This document shows positions 57,102 to 64,000 of a stretch of 64,000 bases of DNA, in pieces. Numbering within the stretch: the first letter of the stretch is position 1; each line of letters opens with the position of its first letter. Under the pieces are notes generated by a model that had not been told where the DNA came from, did not search any database, and worked only from the letters and a program-made list of their open reading frames with translations. A program made the position numbers and the translations under genes. The DNA lies in the IMG/VR virus record IMGVR_UViG_3300033073_001657, positions 29,419-93,418 of that record; one strand, 5' to 3'. Source of the stretch: a virus. Its lineage: Duplodnaviria; Heunggongvirae; Uroviricota; Caudoviricetes.

Positions 57102-57424
57102 GTATAGTTATAGGAGGAAGCGCACTTAACTCATGTTATTATAACACGGCATACGGAGTATGTACACCACCAGTCCAAACAGTTAGTCCACCGTCTGAAG
57201 CTACTTATGTTTCTCTAGTAAAAAGAGTTGGACTTGACTGGAAGATTGAAATGCACGAAAGCAGAGACAAACAGAAACATCTTAATTATATTGAGAGTCT
57301 TCGTGGAAATCCAAATGTTGAAGTAGCGAAAGTCTTACAGTTTGTCAAAATTGCCGAGATTACTAATGTTTCGACTCAAAGTAAAGGCAAGAGTAATGAG
57401 CCTGATCTAGACAAGATATTATGA
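57098..57424 (+). CDS. hypothetical protein
   Basis: 108-aa ORF. Confidence 0.45.
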   Translation: MSIVIGGSALNSCYYNTAYGVCTPPVQTVSPPSEATYVSLVKRVGLDWKIEMHESRDKQKHLNYIESLRGNPNVEVAKVLQFVKIAEITNVSTQSKGKSNEPDLDKIL

Positions 57425-57843
57425 TTGATTATCAGAAAATTTGTGAAGAATATGGAATCATCCTGCATCAAGTGGTTCCTGGAGACAAATGGTGTAAGAT
57501 GGAGGGAGAAGATCACTACATTAATCGATCTTTCTGTGCAGGTCGAGATGAGATCTGGTTGGGCATCTATGATGATCCAGACTGGAAGACGGCTTCCTTT
57601 TTTCATGAGATGGGTCACTGCTTGACTCAACAAGAATGGAACGACGAGATGCTTAAGTTCCATTACGAATTGGATGCATGGTTAGTAGGTTTACAATTGG
57701 GTCAGGAATACGGATACTATGTCAAACCCAAGACAATAAAACAGTTTGTGATAAAGTCACTCTTTTCATACCAACACTGGGAAGCTAAGGAGATTCAAAA
57801 TCCGACTGGAGAAATAAAAGAATTAATTAAAAGATACAAATGA
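57421..57843 (+). CDS. HExxH zinc metallopeptidase-like protein
   Basis: FFHEMGHCL motif. Confidence 0.35.
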   Translation: MIDYQKICEEYGIILHQVVPGDKWCKMEGEDHYINRSFCAGRDEIWLGIYDDPDWKTASFFHEMGHCLTQQEWNDEMLKFHYELDAWLVGLQLGQEYGYYVKPKTIKQFVIKSLFSYQHWEAKEIQNPTGEIKELIKRYK

Positions 57844-58235
57844 AGACATTAGGACTAATCAATTATGAAGGTGACTGTTTAAAAGCAGTCAAAGTCGACA
57901 GCTATTTTATCAAAGTACTTGACCAGTATGGGGAATCATGTAGCACACTCACAGTTGAAGAATTTTACGGGTTCATCGACGGTCTGATCAACATCGTTGA
58001 TAGTAAAGGTAAGTCTTGGAATTTTCCAAGCGAACACAGGGACGCTAAGCCAAGCCAGTCGAGGATCTATCATTTTACGAAAGGTTTCAGGTTCACTGAA
58101 ACGGAGCTAAATGATGCCTTCGTTAAGGGTTGGGAGCTTCGACACATGGGTCTGAGTGATGAACTGATCATTCACGAATTCGTAGGTTTCTTAAACGAAG
58201 TTCACGGAAAAAGAGAAAAAAGGAGAAATACTTAG
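57840..58235 (+). CDS. hypothetical protein
   Basis: 131-aa ORF. Confidence 0.45.
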   Translation: MKTLGLINYEGDCLKAVKVDSYFIKVLDQYGESCSTLTVEEFYGFIDGLINIVDSKGKSWNFPSEHRDAKPSQSRIYHFTKGFRFTETELNDAFVKGWELRHMGLSDELIIHEFVGFLNEVHGKREKRRNT

Positions 58236-58257
58236 TATAATAACTAAAAATTAAATC

Positions 58258-58773
58258 ATGTTAAAATTTTATGAATTAAGTCAAAATAATACTGGTGGCT
58301 CATTCGATGTCGACAGTAAGCTATGTCATCGCCTAGTCATTGAGGCTGGATCAGAAGAGGAAGCCTTATCGATAGCCGAAGATCTAGGTTGTTACTGGTA
58401 TGGAGTCGATAATGGAAATGACTGTCCTTGTTGCGGAGACCGATGGTATCGATCTGCCAGTGAAATAGATATTGAAACGTATAATGAAAAATGGAATGGG
58501 ATGGAACTCTCTGAGTGGGGCACTTCTTCGGAGACCGATCATGACAAAGCTATTAAGGAGCTCGAAGCAAAGTATCCGGGTGTCGAATGGTCAGTTAAAC
58601 CTCAGGCTGAAGACAAGTATGGATCAGTTAGAGTGACTGGAAGGATCCGACTGAGAAGCATGGAAGAGTATGCTCAACTCATGGCAGATCAGTTTGGCTG
58701 GACGACGCCAGATATTCGAATCTTTTACAAGAACGGAGAAGTCAAAGAAATATTCAGTAAAAAAGTAAAATAA
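58258..58773 (+). CDS. hypothetical protein
   Basis: 171 aa. The box TAGTATAATAACTAAAAA at 58233-58250 lies upstream. Confidence 0.5.
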   Translation: MLKFYELSQNNTGGSFDVDSKLCHRLVIEAGSEEEALSIAEDLGCYWYGVDNGNDCPCCGDRWYRSASEIDIETYNEKWNGMELSEWGTSSETDHDKAIKELEAKYPGVEWSVKPQAEDKYGSVRVTGRIRLRSMEEYAQLMADQFGWTTPDIRIFYKNGEVKEIFSKKVK

Positions 58774-58774
58774 T

Positions 58775-59323
58775 ATGAAACTTAATCACAACAGTATCTC
58801 AGCTCGATTATATCGCTGGTTTTATATCACAGATCAGATGCCGCAAAACTTATGTCCATATTTTTGGAAACTCGTAATCATGTGGGTGTTAATCATTCCA
58901 TATGGTCTGATCTCCTTACCGACGATAGTCACTAACCAGGCTCCAGAAGAATGGGGAGTCAGACCTCTCTTCGGAGCATTCATGTACCTCTTCCTATTTG
59001 TGGTATTCATAGCTCTATTTCCATTGACCTACTTCGTTTGGGGCTGGTTTGGTCACAACTCAACATTTGGTAAGTGGCAAGTCGGAGGTATTTTAATCTG
59101 GGCAGTAGTTTTAATGATTGCAGTCGTTTGGGGAATACTAAGGATTATCGATAGGAGAAAACGTATAAGGAGACATCGTCAGACTGAATTTATATGGAAT
59201 GATGAGGGAGATTATATACCAAATCCTGATTATGTTCCATACGAGGAGAAACCAAGCATCATCATTGAATTTATTAAGGCAAAATATAATAAGTACTGTC
59301 CTAAGATAGATTGGACCGAATAA
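58775..59323 (+). CDS. multi-pass membrane protein
   Basis: 182 aa with several hydrophobic helices. Confidence 0.5.
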   Translation: MKLNHNSISARLYRWFYITDQMPQNLCPYFWKLVIMWVLIIPYGLISLPTIVTNQAPEEWGVRPLFGAFMYLFLFVVFIALFPLTYFVWGWFGHNSTFGKWQVGGILIWAVVLMIAVVWGILRIIDRRKRIRRHRQTEFIWNDEGDYIPNPDYVPYEEKPSIIIEFIKAKYNKYCPKIDWTE

Positions 59324-59721
59324 ATTACACCATGACAGAAGAGAGTAAAATAATGATTTTCAACCAGACTTTAATTAGTCAGGTTGACTTACGAAGTAAT
59401 CCTGAAGAAGAATTGGGACTTGACTGGGATATCCATGCAGATAGTATAGTTAAAGGTGACCTCTATTGTGATGCCGGACTAGTCAACATCGATCAACTGA
59501 TCGATACCTTGACTGAGATGAGAAGCAAAGGTGCAACTCACGCTGCATGTGACTGGCATTGTGACCATCAGGAGCTTGAAGTATATGGAGTCAAGTTTGA
59601 GCTCGCAAGCGAAGAGGAACGTCAAGCCCACTTTGATCGAGTAAAAGAACGTGACCAAAAGAAAAAAGAGATGGAGATTAAGGCTCTTGAACACAAGTTG
59701 GCTAAACTAAAAGGAGAATAA
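59311..59721 (+). CDS. hypothetical protein
   Basis: 136-aa ORF. Confidence 0.45.
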   Translation: MDRINYTMTEESKIMIFNQTLISQVDLRSNPEEELGLDWDIHADSIVKGDLYCDAGLVNIDQLIDTLTEMRSKGATHAACDWHCDHQELEVYGVKFELASEEERQAHFDRVKERDQKKKEMEIKALEHKLAKLKGE

Positions 59722-59722
59722 G

Positions 59723-59947
59723 ATGTTAGATATTTCAAAACTAAAGATCGGAGACCGTGTCCATTACACACCATTTGAAGGGTGTGATGAGTCCCTGATC
59801 GAAAACGGTAGAGTCAAGGAGATTCCGGATCACACCAATACTTCAGTGAGAGTAGTCTTTAACTGTGCTGGTGAGTGGGACCTGTTCATGAATTACACCT
59901 CTCAGTTGACTCCAATTGATAAGCTTGAGATTGGATGGAAACACTAA
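59723..59947 (+). CDS. hypothetical protein
   Basis: 74-aa ORF. Confidence 0.4.
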   Translation: MLDISKLKIGDRVHYTPFEGCDESLIENGRVKEIPDHTNTSVRVVFNCAGEWDLFMNYTSQLTPIDKLEIGWKH

Positions 59948-60074
59948 GCGAAAAGTGGTTTACTTTTAGGAGGATTCCATGTAAGGAAGGGTGTATCGAT
60001 ATGTGGCAAGGAGATCAGGCTAATGATCCGAATCGAGATGAAAGTCACCATATAACTTGAACTCAGGCTCGACC

Positions 60075-60317
60075 ATGTTCAGGCTTAATGGCGAGGGACA
60101 ATGGTACCATCAGTCAAGCCTAGTCGGTCTCTATCCCGACATCATTATTGGATATCCTGAAATATTTTCAGCGACTGACCTGTGGTACATGGCTCAAATC
60201 AAGACGATTCATCGAGTGACCAGTTATTCAAAGGAAGAGTGCGGAGTTCTACTTGAGGAACATGGAACAGTCGATGCAGCAATCGCATGGTTTGTTAAAA
60301 ATAAAAAATCAAAGTAA
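60075..60317 (+). CDS. hypothetical protein
   Basis: The track starts the ORF at TTG 60057. An internal ATG is preferred. Confidence 0.35.
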   Translation: MFRLNGEGQWYHQSSLVGLYPDIIIGYPEIFSATDLWYMAQIKTIHRVTSYSKEECGVLLEEHGTVDAAIAWFVKNKKSK

Positions 60318-60589
60318 TGAATACACCAGTTATTGGAGAATACCGATTGATTCCGAAAGGAACGCCTGTGTGGTCAATACATAATCAGTTATCGATGATC
60401 TTGAGTGATGATGAGATCGTTGAAATTACACATACTGTTGTGGTCGGTGATTATGTATACTGTAAACCTAAACAACTTCTATTTAATATTCCAGGTCATA
60501 TTCCTACTCTAATTGGTCGAGGTCAAGATGAATGGGGAATACAATATTCTAAAACTGAATCGTATTGTGTGCCAGAACCTCAATTCTAA
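60317..60589 (+). CDS. hypothetical protein
   Basis: 90-aa ORF. Confidence 0.4.
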   Translation: MNTPVIGEYRLIPKGTPVWSIHNQLSMILSDDEIVEITHTVVVGDYVYCKPKQLLFNIPGHIPTLIGRGQDEWGIQYSKTESYCVPEPQF

Positions 60590-60628
60590 TAAAACCATAG
60601 TTTTCTTTAAAGTAAAAGAAAGTAAACT

Positions 60629-61069
60629 ATGAAACTTTTAGTTATCAACTTCCTAAAGAAGTTGCTTAAACACAGGTGTAAGACTTTCAAGTTAGGCGAA
60701 GGCCACGTCAAAAGGTACACTATCATCGAGATCAGATCTCTATTCTCAATCTACATTCACGAAATCGAGACCCGTTGTCAGGACAGGTTCCATACCCATG
60801 CGTTCAATGCGATCGGATGGACCATAACTGGTGGATATCTTGAAGAACAGCTACCGTCCATGAATCATGCTGGTCCAGGTAAAATAGTCAAGGTCTCAGG
60901 AGTCAGGCGGATTCCTCGAGAGCTTAATCATAAGCTTCTAAGAGCATTACCTAACACGAATACTATTCTTTTTACTGGTGCCTACTCTCATCTCTGGACA
61001 GAGGAAGATGACGAAGGAGTCAAGGTGATCACGACACATCAACAAATAGTCGGACATTTTAAAAAATAA
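60629..61069 (+). CDS. hypothetical protein
   Basis: 146-aa ORF. Confidence 0.45.
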   Translation: MKLLVINFLKKLLKHRCKTFKLGEGHVKRYTIIEIRSLFSIYIHEIETRCQDRFHTHAFNAIGWTITGGYLEEQLPSMNHAGPGKIVKVSGVRRIPRELNHKLLRALPNTNTILFTGAYSHLWTEEDDEGVKVITTHQQIVGHFKK

Positions 61070-61105
61070 GTTTAATATCTCTCTAGTTTTGAGTATACTA
61101 TACCC

Positions 61106-61426
61106 ATGGAAGATAAATCACCAACTAAGATCCGAGTTGAACGAGAGATTTTCAGAAAGGACTCTCAAAAACCTTTTACTTGGAAACAACTGAAGGAGAT
61201 CAAATTTAAAGATGATGATCGTCTTGAAATCGGTTATGACGAAGGTCATTACTCAGAAAACAACTCATGGGACCCACATTATTATGCGGTAGTGTATCGA
61301 ATGGAGGAGGAGACTGATATCGAGTTTGAAAGACGTCAGGCCAGAATAGTGATAGATGAAAAGTTGATGAAGAAACGTCGATACGAAAGCTACCTAAAAC
61401 TTAAAAAAGAATTTGAGAATGAATAG
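61106..61426 (+). CDS. hypothetical protein
   Basis: 106-aa ORF. Confidence 0.45.
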   Translation: MEDKSPTKIRVEREIFRKDSQKPFTWKQLKEIKFKDDDRLEIGYDEGHYSENNSWDPHYYAVVYRMEEETDIEFERRQARIVIDEKLMKKRRYESYLKLKKEFENE

Positions 61427-61640
61427 AGAAGAGATCTTCGCTGTTACTCAGGCGATGTGCCTTGAGACATATAATGAGAATGACAAATACTTCTGTATCA
61501 AGGGAGTCAATGGTCATGCAACAACCGTCTACTATGGAGATGGAGCAATGGCGATGTTGCGTGGTCATCTAATTCAAATGGGCCGAGACGAGCTAAAAAT
61601 GGAACTCAATCAGCTATTGGATATAACTAAACATCATTAG
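61413..61640 (+). CDS. hypothetical protein
   Basis: 75-aa ORF. Confidence 0.4.
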   Translation: MRMNREEIFAVTQAMCLETYNENDKYFCIKGVNGHATTVYYGDGAMAMLRGHLIQMGRDELKMELNQLLDITKHH

Positions 61641-61646
61641 AATAAG

Positions 61647-61889
61647 ATGGAACTAGTTAAAGTAATCTTAGTGCTCTCTATGGCATGTCAAACGGCCTCA
61701 TTTGTTGTGATCTCAATCATGGGTCAAGATGCACCCAAACTCATAAGGATTTTCGGATGGATCTCATCGGCAATCGTCATTATCGCACTATCGACGTTCA
61801 TATCATACGTTGATAGCGATACTTATCGTGATCGACCTTGCCCTGAATACAAGAGGATTGAAACGCCTGTCTATAAATTAGTAGAATAA
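61647..61889 (+). CDS. small membrane protein
   Basis: 80 aa with two transmembrane helices. Confidence 0.4.
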   Translation: MELVKVILVLSMACQTASFVVISIMGQDAPKLIRIFGWISSAIVIIALSTFISYVDSDTYRDRPCPEYKRIETPVYKLVE

Positions 61890-61890
61890 A

Positions 61891-62757
61891 TTATCTTTTG
61901 CTTGATCTGCGAGCTTCTCCGCTTGACATCATAGATCTTCTCATACCAAGTTGAGGAGTATAGCTCTTTCCTGAAAGATAAGAGTGAATGTTCATTCGTA
62001 AGTAAGTGGCTTCAGGCTGAGGGTCGTGAAACTCAGTGACGGTCATTCCCCCAAAGATCACTTTACCATCACCCCAGCTAATTTCTCCACAGACAATCTT
62101 CTCTCCAGGATTCACGATTAATGTTGTTATGCTGCCCTCGATTATTGCATGAGCAAAGGAATTTCCAGTCCAAACATCTCCGCAATTTCCAGGACCAATA
62201 AATATCGGATGGCTTTCTTGACCAGTTGAGATCGTCACTTGATCTGAGTTATTTACGTCGTCTGCATAGATTAGAGTAGTTCCACCGAATCCGAGATTAA
62301 TATTTCCTCCTTCATTTGGTGCAGCATTTAGAAATAGGTTACCTCCGCTATAAACCCAGTTCTCGATAATTTCATGGTTATCTGCCAAGAATGTGGCAAG
62401 CTCTTCTGCACCGTTGTCACTACCGTCAATAAAAACATAGGTCGTTCCTTCAGCAAATACTCCAGCAGGATCGACTGATTCGAATGTATTTAGGGCCCAT
62501 CCATTTTCTCCAAAAACCGCATTGAGTTCATTAATATTTGTGGTCCCATCCCAAGGCTCAGTGTTTGCATCGTCTCCGCTAGAATCAAATGCTCTTAGAT
62601 AATAAACAGTAGGTGCTTTCTTAATTCCACCTGAGCCTGCAGCTGCCGCTGCAGTCGCTGCGCTTTGCATAGCTTGTTCAAGAAGCATCTGTTCTTCCAA
62701 TAGTTTACGTATCCTTAGTTGTTCTGGGCTCTCGCTGCCCCAATTGATAAATGACAT
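61891..62757 (-). CDS. tail fibre/receptor-binding-like protein, paralog of ORF 50751-52934 N-terminus
   Basis: N-terminal MSFINWGSESPEQLRIRKLLEEQ...AAAAAGSGG. The C-terminus is Gly/Asn-rich. An ATAAATAAAACAAATAAAC box lies upstream. Confidence 0.55.
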   Translation of the reverse strand: MSFINWGSESPEQLRIRKLLEEQMLLEQAMQSAATAAAAAGSGGIKKAPTVYYLRAFDSSGDDANTEPWDGTTNINELNAVFGENGWALNTFESVDPAGVFAEGTTYVFIDGSDNGAEELATFLADNHEIIENWVYSGGNLFLNAAPNEGGNINLGFGGTTLIYADDVNNSDQVTISTGQESHPIFIGPGNCGDVWTGNSFAHAIIEGSITTLIVNPGEKIVCGEISWGDGKVIFGGMTVTEFHDPQPEATYLRMNIHSYLSGKSYTPQLGMRRSMMSSGEARRSSKR

Positions 62758-62765
62758 CTTAAAAT

Positions 62766-62808
62766 CGGTTTATTTGTTTTATTTATCATCAGAATTATAG
62801 TATAATAG
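62766..62808. promoter_or_regulatory. divergent promoter core: late-type box for the - fibre gene plus TAGTATAATAG box for a small + ORF
   Basis: ggtttatttgttttatttatc ... tagtataatag. A 27-aa ORF at 62813-62896 follows on the plus strand. Confidence 0.35.
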
Positions 62809-63054
62809 ATACATGAAGAAATTATTCAAGCTATTGAGATTCCTTGAGGACCATCGCATTAAGGCAATGATTTACACAGGATCGGCTAACTATTAAATCA
62901 GAACAGGATGGACTTTGCATTAGGATACATATCAGGCGTGATTGTCATGTGGGCAGCATCAAGAATGCTTAAAGCTCAATGGAAAAGAGACCTTGAAAAA
63001 TTAGAGGACTTTGATACTTGGAAGGAGTGGAAGAATAGAAAGAAAAACTAAAAT

Positions 63055-63165
63055 AGTCAGGTGGCGGAATGGTAGACGCACATCGGCAGGTGATTCTGAT
63101 TGAGGGTACACCGGCAGTCGAGGCCACAATCACATAGAATACAGGTTCGAATCCTGTCCTGACTA
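63055..63165 (+). tRNA. tRNA-like element (type-II/Leu-like D-arm) with non-canonical 61-nt anticodon/variable region
   Basis: A perfect 7-bp acceptor stem pairs AGTCAGG with CCTGACT. U8 is present. The D-arm GCGGAATGGTAGACGC matches tRNA-Leu GCGGAAUUGGUAGACGC. The T-arm is ACAGG-TTCGAAT-CCTGT with discriminator A. No canonical 5-bp/7-nt anticodon arm can be found between the D-arm and T-arm. Confidence 0.45.
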
Positions 63166-63180
63166 CTAAAAAATAATAAG

Positions 63181-63510
63181 ATGAAAGTAAGATTACTTAA
63201 AAGGATTAGAAAGAGATTTGAGATTCACCACTTGCCTAACGGAGAGATCGGTCCGTTTGGCGACCATTATGATTACAATCTCTTTAAACTCACTGACTCA
63301 ACTAATGCGTATTTTGAAAGATACGCTCAGTTTAGAAGTAAAGAAGGAGCCAAACAGTTTTGTCCACTCGAACAGAGATTTGATACTGAAGAGAAGTGCA
63401 TCAACTATCTTAAGAGTCTTATTATCGGTCGACTTAGAAGCGAAGGTTATCGTGGCAGAAAAGATCGCCATATATCTAGCTCTCAAGAGAAGAAGTGGTA
63501 TAAAAAATAA
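63181..63510 (+). CDS. hypothetical basic protein
   Basis: 109-aa ORF. Confidence 0.45.
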   Translation: MKVRLLKRIRKRFEIHHLPNGEIGPFGDHYDYNLFKLTDSTNAYFERYAQFRSKEGAKQFCPLEQRFDTEEKCINYLKSLIIGRLRSEGYRGRKDRHISSSQEKKWYKK

Positions 63511-63607
63511 TACATAATATGATTGAAATCAATCCAAAAACCCTATTGCAGATTGCACTAGTTGCCGGTATCGTTTACCTAGCCTCATATGGAATAGATG
63601 GCTGGGG

Positions 63608-63844
63608 ATGGTTAACCTTTGCTCTATTTCTTACGCTATGAAACTAGGCAAACCAGAGAAGAGTGTAACGACTCGAATTGAGCATCTCTCGTTTGAGGTC
63701 AATGGTTCCTACATGGACGTTGAATCCCATGATGGATACGTTGATATTACAATCGGCGGTATCGAGAACGAAAAGCTCTCAGTCACTCTAGAGGAATGGC
63801 AGGAGATCAATGAACATGTTGTTAAACTCTTAAAACAGGGATAA
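63608..63844 (+). CDS. hypothetical protein
   Basis: 78-aa ORF. Confidence 0.4.
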   Translation: MVNLCSISYAMKLGKPEKSVTTRIEHLSFEVNGSYMDVESHDGYVDITIGGIENEKLSVTLEEWQEINEHVVKLLKQG

Positions 63845-64000
63845 TCAATCTAGGGTAATTCTAAATAAATAATTAAAAAAGAATAGGATGATAAAAAAGT
63901 TCGATGAATGGTTGGTAGAGAATGCCAATGGAGTTGGTGGAATAGACCTACGAGAGCTAAAAACACTCATACAGGACGCTGTTCTAGGTAACGCTGAAAT

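Noticed and set aside
59948-60074. Strong SD-like AGGAGGA at 59975 followed by an ATG
   Set aside because: The ATG is followed immediately by TAA (ATGTAA), so this is not a gene start. It could be a ribosome-standby or regulatory curiosity, but there is no support for that.
63084-63117. Direct repeat CGGCAG inside the tRNA-like element as a target-site duplication of an inserted mobile element
   Set aside because: The segment between the repeats is only 21 nt and has no coding capacity. Deleting it does not restore a canonical anticodon arm, so an insertion model is unsupported.
1569-63486. Numerous 60-100-aa antisense or shadow ORFs in the track
   Set aside because: Each lies entirely inside a longer ORF on the opposite strand or in another frame. 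None has a promoter box, and their composition is low-complexity. Coordinates: 1569-1799, 2595-2777, 8168-8380, 8186-8371, 9942-10199, 11003-11206, 11160-11387, 14017-14211, 16062-16364, 17953-18207 and 18414-18602. Also 18705-18968, 21693-21911, 22317-22601, 22923-23120, 23287-23469, 24483-24665, 24796-25035, 25169-25480, 25369-25587, 25882-26109 and 26353-26544. Also 27925-28107, 29738-30016, 31130-31393, 32639-32944, 33822-34073, 33943-34158, 34586-34777, 36559-36756, 37796-38026 and 37848-38051. Also 39111-39317, 41009-41203, 41115-41408, 41170-41352, 41467-41697, 42597-42803, 42804-42998, 43292-43561, 43374-43571 and 43911-44156. Also 43999-44193, 44652-44846, 45408-45608, 45681-45923, 45975-46214, 46871-47176, 50172-50360, 50651-50863, 53844-54083, 55113-55298 and 55589-55786. 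Finally 56733-56990, 57376-57663, 57425-57625, 59479-59694, 63218-63517 and 63298-63486.
1-64000. CRISPR arrays, integrase/att sites, IS elements or transposases
   Set aside because: No regularly spaced direct repeats occur, and no ORF has recombinase or transposase motifs. The window looks like contiguous lytic-phage DNA.

Overview
The window reads as a 64-kb segment of a lytic tailed-phage genome from an AT-rich host (about 35% GC), with no rRNA, CRISPR array, integrase or transposase visible. Most genes lack a Shine-Dalgarno sequence, and their promoter-like motifs sit 5-25 nt before the start codon, which suggests short or leaderless mRNAs and possibly a Bacteroidota-type host. A distant T4-like core is present: the C-terminal half of a family-B DNA polymerase carrying the T4 gp43 motif KILINSxYGAxGN and YTDTDS, a zinc-ribbon/TOPRIM primase, a UvsW-like helicase, a PhoH-like ATPase, a gp25-like baseplate protein, and 'ATAAATAA' late-promoter-like boxes. 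No major capsid protein, large terminase or prohead protease is recognisable in this window.

Three systems stand out. First, about 20 ORFs, mostly on the minus strand and downstream of late-type promoter boxes, begin with a shared decapeptide such as M..K.YxxFINE or KYIKLYE[DE]. This strongly resembles the T4 capsid-targeting sequence MKTYQEFIAE, which the prohead protease cleaves after L/I-x-E. It implies a large set of proteins packaged in the head or ejected with the DNA, including a nucleotidyltransferase-fold protein, a retropepsin-like Asp protease and several very acidic proteins. Second, a plus-strand accessory module encodes an NAD+/ADP-ribose toolkit: an HD-domain protein, a YqeY-like protein, a Prs/Adps-like PRPP-synthetase homolog, a nucleoside 2-deoxyribosyltransferase-like protein, a Macro domain, a NAMPT/Namat-like enzyme, a HAD phosphatase and a NADAR domain. 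This is consistent with an NAD-reconstitution or ADP-ribosylation-reversal counter-defence set. Third, a 430-bp ORF-free island between the NADAR and HAD genes is GC-enriched and ends in a terminator, making it a candidate structured ncRNA.

Other features include a tRNA-like element with a canonical acceptor stem, D-arm and T-arm but a 61-nt non-canonical middle, and two fibre-like proteins that share a 45-aa N-terminal anchor. Three peptidases of different classes are present (C1 papain-like, M28 aminopeptidase, retropepsin-like). A flotillin/SPFH-like membrane protein, a four-member family of small HAD phosphatases, and a lysis pair with a signal-anchored SLT transglycosylase complete the notable content.
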